A DNA stretch of 64,000 bases from Podarcis pityusensis (lineage: Eukaryota), in the NCBI GenBank assembly GCA_964106645.2, contig OZ067051.1; one strand, given 5' to 3'. Positions 37,650 to 49,876 of this stretch are shown one piece after another. The stretch's first letter is position 1, and every line of letters begins with the position of its first letter. Made by a program: the position numbers and the translations under genes. The notes under the pieces were generated by a model. The model was not told the DNA's origin. It searched no databases and was given only the letters and a program-made list of their open reading frames with translations.

Positions 37650-38210
37650 GGAGACCCCTCAAGGGGGGGGGCGGGGAGGGAAGAGAAACGAACCCCCTCC
37701 TCAACTGGGCCTAGCTGGCGAGACGAGCTTTCCTCGCCCGACACGGAGAAAGAGGGAAACGGGAAGGGGCGGAGCAAATCGGCTCTGCCGCTTCAGTCAA
37801 CCGACCCCACACAGCGCCTCTAAGGGCTCCCAAACTCTCCCCTCCAGCCAAGGCCTCCGCGCTCCTCGAGCTCCTCCGCGGGGCCGACCTCCCTCACAGA
37901 CCCACCCCCAGCGTCCGGGAACCTTTTCTTGCCACACTCGGGCGTAGTCACGGTTAACTGCAACCGGACCGGGGCAGATGGCGGCGGATTACCGCCTCTC
38001 CCCTCTACTTACATCCTCAGAGCCCGACCGTCGCTCCCTCGTCGCGCTCGCGGTGACGTACGGATTGCCGCCTTCCACACAGCGGCAAAGAGCAGCTAGG
38101 TGGCGCGCGCTGATAGCGTCACCGAAAGAAAGGAAGCGCGGAGAGGAGAGGCGGGGTAGCCATTTATCTCCATGGTTACTGGCCCCACTTAAAGGGGCAG
38201 ATCGACCCTT
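37650..38210 (-). promoter_or_regulatory. RNPS1 CpG island, promoter and exon 1 (donor GTAAGT after 38013)
   Basis: CpG-dense region. CRE-like TGACGT/GCGTCA (about 38054 and 38116), YY1-like AGATGGCGGC (37976-37985), GC box at about 37766, and a consensus 5' splice site GAT|GTAAGT. Confidence 0.8.
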
Positions 38211-39897
38211 TTTGTTGTGGTAGTTTAAGGCCCCATGGAGATAAAAAAGAAGGTTTTTTAGGAGGGTAGGGAGAATCCAACAACAACCCACTTATCTGTT
38301 CTTAAAACATGATAACGGAAAGGGGAAATGGGAGTTGAAAGGATTATTGGCTCATCCTGGATTTTCCCCCAAGCGCCTAGCACTTTGGACATTAAACATT
38401 TTTTTAATTTTTTTTATTCAAAATTATAACAAGACATATTATCCAAAAACATATCATCCTTATCCCCCCCCCCATTTTTCCTCCCTCCCCCCTCCCACAC
38501 AGAACCCCAACTCCACCCCACCCACCCCGACTTCCCTCAGTTCCAGTCTTTGGTTTTTCTAATGCTGTTTTCTGCATGTTACAAAGTTGTATAGATCCTC
38601 AAACTGTTTAGCTGATTATTATCAATAAAAAAAATTGTGAATGTTTATTCAAACCTGCCAAGGAGTCCAGTTCGCTGGACATTAAACATTTTAATAAACT
38701 CAGTGGGAAGGCCTGCTGAGACCCCTGGCACGGGAGGCTAAGGGAGAATGCTTAGAGCCTGCCCAGATCCCTTTAATGTTGTTATTCTTCCTTCAAGGAG
38801 CTCAAGGTGGCATGCGTTGTTCTTCCCCCTTACTAATTTTATCCTTGCAACAACCCTGTGAGGTTCGGTAGGCAGCGTCTAACCTACCACACAAGGCTGT
38901 TGCATGGATAAAATAGGATACTTCATAAGTGTCCTGCATTCCTTGGGGGAAGGTTAGGATAAAATGTAATCAATAAGCAGCTGTATGGCAAACAGGCAGG
39001 GATTAAAACAGCAGAATAAAAGAGGCATGTGGCAAACAGTGTTTACTCTGGTGTGAGCTTTCATGGAGTAGGGTCAACTTCATAAAATACATGAAATGCT
39101 ATCTTTAGATGGCAGATTGTACAGATAGACACATTTTTATTTTGTGTCTTTGCTTAAAACCTATTTATGTATTTTGTTACATTTGGATTCTACGTTTTTT
39201 CTGTTATAGCACACATGCCTGAGAATTAGTCAAAAATCTTATTTGTGACTTTTAGTTTGTTCCAAAAAAGTTATTACACCACTGTTATTTTGGGGTTTCC
39301 CCCCCTTTATAGGTAGCTAACCAACACAGCTACCTGTGAATATGTTACAATTTAATGACATGACTAATGTCCAGTACAACAAACCAAATCTACTTACCGG
39401 CTATGAAACAGCAACCATCACACACCTCATTGCAGTCTAAATTCCCATAGATTTCAGTGGGAATTGAATTAAATCATGACGAACTTGTTTGACAAATTTC
39501 AGTGGGACCCAAGTTCAGCTAATTCGTTTGGAACCGACCTTATTTATTTATTAAATGTAAAATGTATCACTTTAAAGGTCTTTATGATCACTTTAAAGGT
39601 CACCAATGTCTCAGCTGCGGGCACATTTGTGCCCATAGGGTACCCCCACCAGCTGAAAATAGGTTTGAAGGAAGCATTCTATCATAGCCAATGTACTGTA
39701 CTTTAATTTTGTTTTAAACTGCCACACACACACACACCCTACAGTGGTGCCCCCTGCTCGCTCTATTGAAACATCTGCCACTGTTTAAAATCAACACTAT
39801 TGTTCTCATTATCTTTCCATCCCTGCTTTACTCAAATGTAAAAGTGCCATTTCCCTCTCAGTGTCCTTCTACTCCCACTTTACTAAACTTTTGCCAT

Positions 39898-40452
39898 TGT
39901 TTATGACAACCACTTTCCCCCCTTCACAGTGTTACTCCCTTCTCACTGTACACAAACTTCTCCCTCTGAAACTCTGGCTCCCCTTCCAAACCCATGATCC
40001 TGTATCTATGAGGGGAAGCTGACAACCTAGTTCCTTCGTCAATATAATGGCTTTGGCTGACTAGTTAAGTACTATGGTTTAGCACAGGCAAAAAGAGGCT
40101 GCTTTGTGCCATAGAAGCAAATAGGTGAGCTTTCTTGTGAATCCCCTCACCTAGCTGCTACTAGAAGAACAATAGTCAAGAGTGATGTGTGTTAGTTGGA
40201 AGCTGGAGACTGATGCATACCTTGCTCTGTTGTGGGTCTAAAGCAGTGACTAGAGGAGAAGCAAGGTATTTTGGAGTACTAATGCTGTGAGCCCCTCCAT
40301 ATTATGCTCAGGTTGTATATATGTGCAAATAAAGCCACATATTCTAAAGACACCACAGTGTCCAGTGACCTTCATTCTCAAGAGTCCAAACCCTGGAAAA
40401 GTGCTTGGAACCCCTGGAGTAACTCACTGCTCAAGAGATTGGGGTGATAACA
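39898..40452 (+). mobile_element. Possible older solo LTR
   Basis: TGT...ATAACA termini, AATAAA at 40328, imperfect 4-bp flanks CCAT/GCAT. Confidence 0.4.
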
Positions 40453-40996
40453 GCATATTGGTTTATCTTTAGTAACATAACTTCATCTAAACAAGGTGTG
40501 GGGAGCCTTCTGCCCTCCATCAGTTGCTGGATTACAACTTCTGTGAGGGCCAGTAAAGCATGGCCAATGGCCAAGGGGGATGGCAATTGTAGTTGCAGCA
40601 ACACCTGGAGAAACAATGGTTCCCCACAAACATACTGGAGGAGTAAGATTGTAAGCAGCGCAGGTGAAATGCCATGTTATGCAAGAGCAGCAACCTGTGG
40701 CATTTCTACAGAAAGCTCAGGCACATGTAACGGGTGTGAGGAACCTTTGCCCCCTGCAGATGTTGCTGAACTACAACTCCCATCATCCTTGACCATTTGC
40801 CATGCCTGCTGGGACTGATGGGAGTTGTAGTTGATCAGCACCTGGAGGGTCAAAGGTGATCCACACCTGGTTCAGTTTTTAAATTGAGCACCTATTTCCT
40901 TCCCTGGGCTCTTTGGGAAGGAAGGGCAGGATGTAATTTTAAATAATAATAACAACAACTGTATAATAATAGAGCAATAAAATTATACGTCTGGGT

Positions 40997-41432
40997 GGTT
41001 GTTGTTTAGTCGTTTAGTCATGTCTGACTCTTTGTGACCCCATGGACCAGAGCACGCCATACACTCCTGTCTTCCACTGCCTCCCGCAGTTTGGTCAAAC
41101 TCATGTTGGTAGCTTCGAGAACACTGTCCAACCATCTCGTCCTCTGTCATCCCCTTCTCCTTGTGCCCTCCATCTTTCCCAACATCAGGGTCTTTTGCAG
41201 GGCGTCTTCTCTTCTCATGAGGTGGCCAAAGTATTGGAGTCTCAGCTTCACGATCTGTCCTTCCAGTGAGCACTCAGGACTGATTTTCTTCAGAATGGAG
41301 AGGTTTGATCTTCTTGCAGTCCATAGGACTCTCAAGAATCTCCTCCAACACCATAATTCAAAAACTTCAATTCTTAGGCGATCAGCCGCCTTTATGGTCC
41401 AGCTCTCACTTCCATACATCACTACTGGGAAA
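40997..41432 (-). mobile_element. RTE/BovB LINE 3' fragment with target-site duplication
   Basis: Encodes MYGSESWTIKAADRLRIEVFELWCWRR...LRLQYFGHLMRR and has a (CAA)n tail. TSD GTCTGGGT at 40989-40996 and 41435-41442. Confidence 0.9.
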
Positions 41433-44196
41433 ATGTCTGGGTAGACTGCCTAAACAAACAAACAAACAAACAAACATTAGCAAACGTTTATCCTACATAA
41501 ACCTTGAAGGAAGGCGGCTCTTCTCCTGCAAGGGTTAAGCTGCTTCTCCCCTTGACCCCTTTCCCTGAAAGGGTTACAGAGGAGCTGCTCCTCCATCTAA
41601 AGTACACAAACCTTGTTCCCAGCAGGCTTTGCGAAGTTTGGCTTTCCCCCAATCAAACAAAGAAGGCTGGAGCTTTTCGAACAGCTGCTGCAGCCTCGTC
41701 AGCAGCCCCGGGACTGTGCAAAGTTGGGGAGAAACCGAAGCACTTGGGGTTAGAGAGGTGCAAAAAGAGCATTTGAGTTGGCGGAGCGGCGTTTCTCCTC
41801 TTAGCAGCGCGATCCTTTATGAAGCAGCCGGAACAGTTTTGAACAGAAGGAGGCTATGAAGATTGCAACTTTACACCAATTTAGAGAATGAGATCTGCGT
41901 GGGAGTAACATATGGTTAAGCGTGCAGAGTATAGCTTTGCACACCTGGCTGGCGTGGAGATCGCCTCTTCGGTCAAGATTTGGTAAAGGGCGCTTTGTAT
42001 TTTGGCAGGTTTGTCTCATTGCTCTCGTGGTTTGTTATTAAATTGTGCAAAAATCGCGGGAAGGTTTTTTGTTGTTGTTGTTTTGTCCATCACCAAACAA
42101 ACTAAAAGGAACCCCCGGGTAATACTTTTGGTGTCAATGCTAATGTTAGCAACAAACATCTACAAAGGAGCGAGGAAGTTTCCTCCGAATTAATCAAAAC
42201 CTTTTAGGCTATAATTCTCTTGTCTGCTTACCTGATGTAAGCCCCATTGAACTCGACGGGTTTTACTTTTGACTGGGAATGCATAAGATTGTGCAGTTAA
42301 CTCTTCTTAGTTTACAATCCCAAGTAATAAAAGAGAGCTCTCTTGGAAAGATTCAAACTTGAATGTCGGGGTATAAATAGAAACAGAAATAACAATGAAA
42401 AATTTTCACCTGGCTGGAAAATAAAGCACACACACATTCAGTCTTACTTATGTAACTTGCATGCCAGCTGCAGTAGAAAACAGAATACATACATTATTAT
42501 TTTTTGGCATCTGTCTGTCCCAAAAGACAATGGAGTGCACCTGCTGGGGTGACGCCAAACCACTGCCACTAAGCGCAAGCCTGGGCAGTGTGTAAATGTA
42601 ATCCTAGGTACGTCTACTCAGAAGTATCTCCCTCTGAGTTAAATGGTACCTTCTTCCAGGTTAGACATGTTTAAGGATTTCAGCCTAAAACCCTAACAAC
42701 CTCTTCCTGCCCACTCTTTATTTATTTTGCTTCACATTCGGCTTGGTGAGGAGCTCTGATGAACTCAAAATATTTTGTGCACCTCATTGTGACCTTTTAG
42801 TTAGGCTTGATTATTAAAATATAGGAAGATATACAGATTATACAGTTCCTTCAACAGATTTTTCTTAGCTTTCAAGGTAAATAATGCAGCAGAACCTGTA
42901 ATCCCTGATGATTATGTACCCTCAGGCAAGAAGGCAGTTTAGGAGAAATAGGATTGTGGGTTATACTCCTAACAAATGACAGCTTCAGGGATTCTAAGTG
43001 TACCTTCTTATATGTTGTATAACTGTTTAATAAGTGTTGCCTAACAGTAAAATCTTCTGTTTTCTTAGTGTAGTATCTTAACTGCTGTGTTTAACAAGCC
43101 AACCCACTGCAGTTAATAAAGGAATATTATGTCTCCTGGTAACATTCCACTAGCTAGGCAACGGTTTGAACATTATAAGGGCTTTAGCTGCTTGTTCATC
43201 CTAATCTAGGGTGTAAAGGAAAATAGAAAAAAAGCTGCCATTAATAATACATTTAAACATCAATACATTCATCTTAGTTTGTACATATAGATCAATATGT
43301 GCCATCCAGATGTCCTAATATGTCTTCAAATGAAGTTGGTGTTCATAGAAAGTGCACTCAAATGTTGCAAGGACTTTAAGGTCATCAGACCACCGCACAG
43401 TAGATGGTGCATATTTATTGTTCCAGGCTTTTAGTGACCATTAGGACATGTAAAATCTATTATTGTTGTTCTGCCATTAAGCAGCATACAATAGAAATAT
43501 AATTTAAAAGTACATGAACATCTGCAAATTTCTAGGATTTTGCCAGTGCAAAATTGATAAGGATAACATCTTTGGACCAAAAAGAAAATATCACCGGACA
43601 TGCCCACAGGGTTAGGGTTTTAACTGCTATCAAAAATTGATAGTCTACTTTCCCTGGGCTGGAGACATTTATTACATTTGGATAATGAAACATATCTATT
43701 GTTAGTGCTTATTACAGGAGAAAATGGTATTGGCCTTTGTAGATTTTAGTCTACCTAAAATAACACAGTAACCAGTTCCTTGGCCCAGGTGGAAGCTTCC
43801 AGGCAACTGTGAACCCCTAGACTTCTCTCTCAACCCTTAAACCTTCATTGAAAAGGGAAAACTGCTGTACCTCCTCTAAATTGTAAGTCAAAGAGCTCAG
43901 ATGGTATTTTGCTTTCTTTCCTTGGGATAACCAGATTGTCTTTAGGTTAAAGCTTCTTTGAAAGGTTGTAATGACATATAATTAGGTGGCCTCTGATCCT
44001 GTGGAAATACTCCCACTGTCGTGAATCTGTTCAAAAGAGATCCTTGCAACATCACAATTCACTTCTAGGGCAAATAACCCATGAATTCTGTACAATGTGT
44101 ACTGTTTGAAATGTGTCTGTACAGGCCTGGCTTTTGGCCTACAAAAGTGCATCGTTGCTGTGGCATCATCTGTAAAAAAAACCTTCGGCTCACTAG

Positions 44197-44231
<35 letters not shown>

Positions 44232-45933
44232 CCTTGAATTTCAAAACATTCTCTAACTTTGAAAGCTTGTTGTGGCAACATGAGTAACAATTCACACATT
44301 TCCTTGAATGTCCTCCTAACAGGGCAGAGAACCATAGAGGCAAAGCTTAGTTTCTGAAGACTCTACATAGACAAAATGCTCTAGAAATGGTGTGTAGGAT
44401 GTTATTAAGCAATGAGGGAAATGTGACCCTCCAGGCCTCTCTATGTGGCCCCATATACCTTCCTCTGGCCATGCCACTCACCAACCCTACTTCATTCCTA
44501 GCTGTCTTGGAGTGTTTTGGGTTGTTTGGGCTGGAATGTGTCCATAAGCTCTGATACTGCTTCTTGTTGGGTGGATGAAAAATAGAGGAGGGCTGGCTGT
44601 AAAAACTAGTCTACTCTGCAGAGGTAAAATCTGCATTCATTGCTCTGCCCGCTTCTGAAGCCCCTGCCCAGATGGAAATGAGGCCCTTAGTTTAAGAAAA
44701 GTCCCTTCCCCCGTCCCCCGAACTGGGGTGTCAAGATCTGGGACAGAGCATGCCTCTGTTCCACTTGGTGGTCAACCTTGCTTGATTTTACTTTGCTGCC
44801 ATCTGAGCCCCCAGGCCCTGCTACAGTAAACAATTCACAGCACTTTTGATAAGTGCACAGCTGCTTATCCTGTAATATTGTCACTTTAACTTGCTTTGTC
44901 CTTGGAATTTGTTTAAGTGCTGTGGGGCTGGCTAACAGTGTGGCCCTCCAGAGGCATTTATTTATTTAGCAGCATTTATATTCACTTAGTTTGCAATAAA
45001 ATCCCTAAGTACTTTCCATAAAATGGTATAAAATAGCAACGAAAACAGCAGACATAATAAAATGACCAAATTATCGTTAAAATCAACAGATGTTAGAAAC
45101 AAATGTACGCAATAAGACCAGTGTCACTGCGCTCCCAACTCCTATCGGCTTCACCAGCATGGCCAACAGCTGGGAGTTGTGATCCAACACCACCTGGAAG
45201 GCCACAGGGTAGCTATCCTGGTTTGTGTGATCATAGGGGAAACCTGAAGTTAGGAAGCTACCTAATTCTCAGCCAGATGGTCCATCTAGGTGTTCAGAAG
45301 CAGCCACCAGATAGAGCCCTATTCTCTCTTTCCCTCTCCCTCTCTCCTTCTTGTCTTAATGAGAACAATTTTATTCTATCCTTGTTTGTTTGTTTTCTCT
45401 TCCAGCCCAAAGTTCTGCTTAAGAAACAGAAAACTGCAAGAAATCAGAGAGGGATTTTCCCAGCGTGGCTTCTCTTCTTGTGTGGGCATTGAGTGGACAG
45501 GGTTAGACTGATGCTGTTAACTCCCGCCCAAGCGTTACTGGAGTCTTCCTTTGCTACAGAAAAAGGATATATATTTTTTAACTTCCTGCCCATCTTCTGA
45601 AGGGGAGATATAAATCCAAAAATACACAAGTGTTTGTTCCATGGAAAAGGCCATTGGCCAGCTCAGGAGCTGGTGATCTTTGCTGGATTTCAGAATGGAT
45701 TTAACCTTTGCAGTGGCTTTCTATAGGATGGTGCAACAGTGATCGTGACCTTGGAAGGAACACTGGTTGTTTCCCCAGCACCATTTTGCCTGTTTGACTT
45801 GCTAATCTAGCAGCATCCACATCAGGGTCTCTGTTGGCTGTTAATGTACCCTACCTTGAAAACGGCGTATTCTTCTGGAATGTAGCCACTGTCCATTTGA
45901 CTAAAGGAAGAGGCCAAAGTCCTTGGCCCCGCC

Positions 45934-48900
45934 ATGGGTCGCTTAGATGACCATGCCAAGAAACGGATTGTGGAGCTGCGCAAAGCCGGCTTGAGTTTCC
46001 GCAAGATCAAAAAGGTGCTGGAGCTGGACAACATCCGGGTCACCCCACAAGCCATCTACCTGTTCCTTAAGCGGAAGAACGTGGAGCCCAGCCAGCCCCC
46101 ACCTGTCTCTTTTCTGCAACCTGCTCTTGAGAATGGAAGCAGGAAGACTCTTGTGGACCAAGCTGGCTGGGAGGACAACCAGCTCTGGAAGTTACTGCAG
46201 GAAAACGAGACTGAGCACCATGGGCAGAGAGAGGCTGCTGGCTCTGTGGCAGGAGTTGGCCCAAGCTATGAGGTGCCGCCTTGTAACGGCCATTGTGATG
46301 GCGAGGAGCACATCAAAATAATTAGCGTGACTTCCTTGAGCAAGGATGGAGGGCCGTTTGAGAAGCAGAGTGCCTCCCATGAGGGCATCTCCAGCGGATC
46401 TCAGCTGGGCCAGAATATGGGTAAAGCTTTGCACAGCCTCTTTGTTCACATGTGCTGCTGGCTTCTGCTTGAGGCCTGTTTAAGAAAACTCCCACAACCT
46501 TTGCTCACAGCAACCACCCTCTGCAAGTGCAGGCTGTCAGGGGTCCACTTTCTATGGGTTTCTGGGCTGGAGGGTGAGTGACGGTTTAGTAGCACTTCTA
46601 AGGGGTAATAGCTTCTAGTTTAGTTCTGAGTGCCATGTGACCTATGAAGCCCTTAATGACCAGGGCTTAAGGCAGCAATGGGGTAACACCAAACCCATGG
46701 GCCTAATTCGTCCTGGCACATTGTCCCAATTTGGCCCATGAGGCTGTTCCTCAGAAACTGCTCCCACTTGCCCCACACTTGTCATATGTGAACATTTGTG
46801 TGGGGCAGGCACAGACTTTGCTGCAAATTTCTTTGCTAGTGGGGCTTCCTGTCAGTGCCTATTGGCTAATCAGCACTGATGGAGAGTTCAAAGGCGATTG
46901 ACAGCACTAAGGAACACATTAAAAATAAATGAATCAATTAACAATTATGGGAAGATGCATTCTTAATTGTCTGCATAGGCTTGGAGGAAGATAAGAGTTT
47001 TCAGGTGTTTAAAGGTTGAAACAGAAGGCAGCTGCCAATTCTCCACGGACAGAGTATTCCATAGCACTGGACTGACAATAACAGTCTGTTTTGTGTTGAT
47101 GTCAAATGAGCCTCACCAACTTGGGAGACAGCCATCAACACACCTGCAGATGATCTCAGTGATCAATCTAATGGTTCAGGCCGTCCCTAAGGTACCCTGG
47201 ACCTAAGTTGTTCAGGGCTTTGTAAATCAATACAAGGGCCCTAATCCTGGCTTGGCAGCAGATGAGCAGCCAGTGCAGATGTTTAGCAATGGTATCACAC
47301 GTTCCTGGCCATGTGTCCCCATCAGCACATCTGGGAGGCACCATATTGGTTTGCTACCCTGCTTTTCTCTGTTGGGATGACCCTGAGGCACCTCCACTTC
47401 TTTCTCTTCTTCACTTCCAGGTGACAACTGCCCAGGGCCAAAACCACCTGTGTCGCCCAGCTGCTTGACTCCATTTGCACCTGCAGTTCCTCAGCATAAT
47501 CTGAATGGCAAAGGGAAGGCCTTTCTGCCACCTGCCCGGAATCCTGCCTTGATTGTGAAGAGGAAGATCGTAGGCCGGGCCATCCATCTCCAGAAAAAGG
47601 TGGGAAGGGCACAGAGAGGGTGAGAGAGAGAGAGACAGAAATGAGCATGATTGGAAGCCCAGAATAGAATCCCAAGTTAGCCCTATTATTCTTGAGTAGT
47701 TTCATGCAACCCCTAGAATCAGTAGAAAGGATGGGTCTGGTGTCCTTCAGTGGGGTATGAGAGCTGATTCCCCCCCCCCCCCCCAAACATGTAGGAACCA
47801 ATGCGACCCTTTGGATTCAGATAGCGCATGGGTAGACCAGTCTGAAAAGCCCGGGACACAAATTTTCATGGCCCTCTAGTGGCTATGGTGGCTCATTTAC
47901 CAGAAATACCAGTAATGTAGGTAGCTGTGTTGGTTTGATGCAGTCGAAGTGTGCATGCACATGAAAGCTTATACCCAGAACAAACTTAGTTGGTCTCTAA
48001 AGTGCTACTGAACAATTTTTAATTTTTATTTATTTATTCAGAAATAATGTACAACTCTGGAAGTTGTATCCTCGATTCTGACCAGACCAAGCCTCCTAGA
48101 GCAAAATAAAAGAGGGTGGATGCAGGATGGAGAGAAGTGCTGCATGAGTGTCAAACCTCTGCATTGTATCTAGCCAAGTGTTACTCAGAGTAGACATATT
48201 GAAAGTGACTGGAGATGACCCTCTTGCCTTTTGCGTGGCTGGGATGTAGCTCGCTCCCAGAAGGGAATGTGGCCCTTGAACTGAATGAAAGGTTCCCCAC
48301 CTGCACTTTTTTCATCTTCTGGAAGTACAGCTCTTAAGCAGAAACTGAGTCTTCTCCCTTGTCCGTTAGGCAAATGTACAGAACGGGCAGAATTCATCTG
48401 GTTCTACACCCAGTTTGCCTTTCACGGTGAGGGTGCAGCCAACTGGCCATCCTTCCAGGGGGACAACTCCTGTCCCGATGGCATCTTCTGGCTGCTCTGC
48501 ACATGTAAGTGATGTAGAGTGTGCGTGCTTTAATAGCGATATATGTCAGAAAGCGTAAAGGCTCCCAAGCAAAAGGAGGTTGATTGTTTTTTGGGGGAGG
48601 CGGGGGGTGGGAGTTGAAGGATTGTGTGCATTGAGGTGGTAAGAGAGTCTGTAAAAACTTCAGAACCCAGTTGGGGAAGAGTTAGGGCAGGGGGCCACTG
48701 ACCTTTTGGGAAATGCTTGGAATTTTGAGAAAGTGCCATGGGCACCAGTCACAAAATGGCTGGCGTGAGGGCAAGGGGGTAATTGCCACATCATCTTAAA
48801 GGGAAGAGACAGAGACAGGGCCACAAAATGGTGTGGGCGTGCTCTCCCTCTCCCCTTGCAACAATGGGGGGGGGGAGGCAGCTACATCAGCCACCACCAT

Positions 48901-49876
48901 GCTCACTCGCAGAGAGAAGCTCTTTGCACGTCTCCTCTGAACAGAGGGTAAAATGCCAACCCAGTGAAATATTGACATGTTTTAAGGGGGCGTGTTCAAA
49001 GTAGGAGAAGCTGAGACGGTGCAAACAGGAATTGAGGAGGAAGAGCAAACAATCCCTGGTGTTTGGTGGATTTTAGAGGGGATATTTATGAAGACCTGCT
49101 GCAAACGCCAGAGGAGGCATCCTGGCACTTGTGATGTTTGTGACTCCTGAACTAGAGTCTTTAATTGAAGAAGAGAATAACTATTTGGTGATCCTACCGT
49201 GTTATGTACTGAAGTTCTCACCCTGGGCCAGCAGGGGGATACTGTAGATAGTTATGCAAATGAAGGATCGAAAGTGACATTCAGTGATTGGATAGTTTTA
49301 GAAAATTGTTACAGTAATGTGGTACTGGAGCTCTATATAAGCAGGCTGACTGAGCCCTTCAGTTCAGTTCTGTCCTGGCCTGTGAATAAACAAGAGCTGT
49401 TTGAAGAATCGCTGTGTCGTCTGATATGTTCACCCACAACTTAACACGCCATTTCTTCTTCTTTTTTGGATTCCCCCTCCCCTTTCTAGACTAAAGATGC
49501 CGGTACTCAGACTTGTACATTTAACCCCACCTACCCTCCAGTTCATCAGAATCCTCAGTGGGGAGCTCAGATGACTACCTCCTTGGTCCCTGCTGCCAAC
49601 CCTCAGCCGCTTGCAGAGAAACTGGATACAGTGCACACTGAGGTCCAGAAGCTTGCGCAGGCTGTGCATATGGTGCTGGAGCGCCAGTGCCGACTGGAGC
49701 GCCAACAGGAGCAGCAGCAGCGCTTCCAACAGGAGCTTCTCATGACGCTGCAGCAGCTCAGCTCCACTGTTGGCCACGGGGCGGTCCCTGCCCATGCCCC
49801 CTGTACTCCTTACAACGTGGCTGACCCCTCGCCACCCTTGCCAAGCTTCAGCCAGTTCAAGATGGAGCTTATCTGA
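45934..49876 (+). CDS. Uncharacterised 395-aa protein: N-terminal Tc1/paired-like HTH, low-complexity linker, TQT motif, C-terminal Gln-rich coiled coil
   Basis: Strong Kozak context (CCGCCATGG). Exons 45934-46420, 47421-47599, 48370-48504 and 49490-49876 have polypyrimidine-AG acceptors and GT donors, with phases 1/0/0 giving an open 1188-nt CDS. AATAAA at 50766 is followed by a GU-rich tract. Confidence 0.8.
46905..47300 (-). mobile_element. Old LINE (L2-like) 3' fragment
   Basis: Degenerate sequence resembling fragments at about 54720-55050 and 19745-20200, with (ATTT)-like tails. Confidence 0.4.
47920..48020 (+). mobile_element. Penelope-like element remnant (same family as 22400)
   Basis: GTGTGCATGCACATGAAAGCTTATACCCAGAACAAACTTAGTTGGTCTCTAAAGTGCTACTG is the reverse complement of the 22400 copy. 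Confidence 0.6.
49200..49446 (+). mobile_element. Solo LTR (about 247 bp)
   Basis: TGTTA...TAACA termini, octamer ATGCAAAT (49254), ATTGG (49287), TATATAA (49334) and AATAAA (49385) in LTR order. No clean TSD. Confidence 0.65.

Noticed and set aside
46421-46581. C-terminal part of the 215-aa ORF in the ORF track
   Set aside because: Read-through past the GTAAAG donor at 46421; the spliced model gives a more coherent protein.
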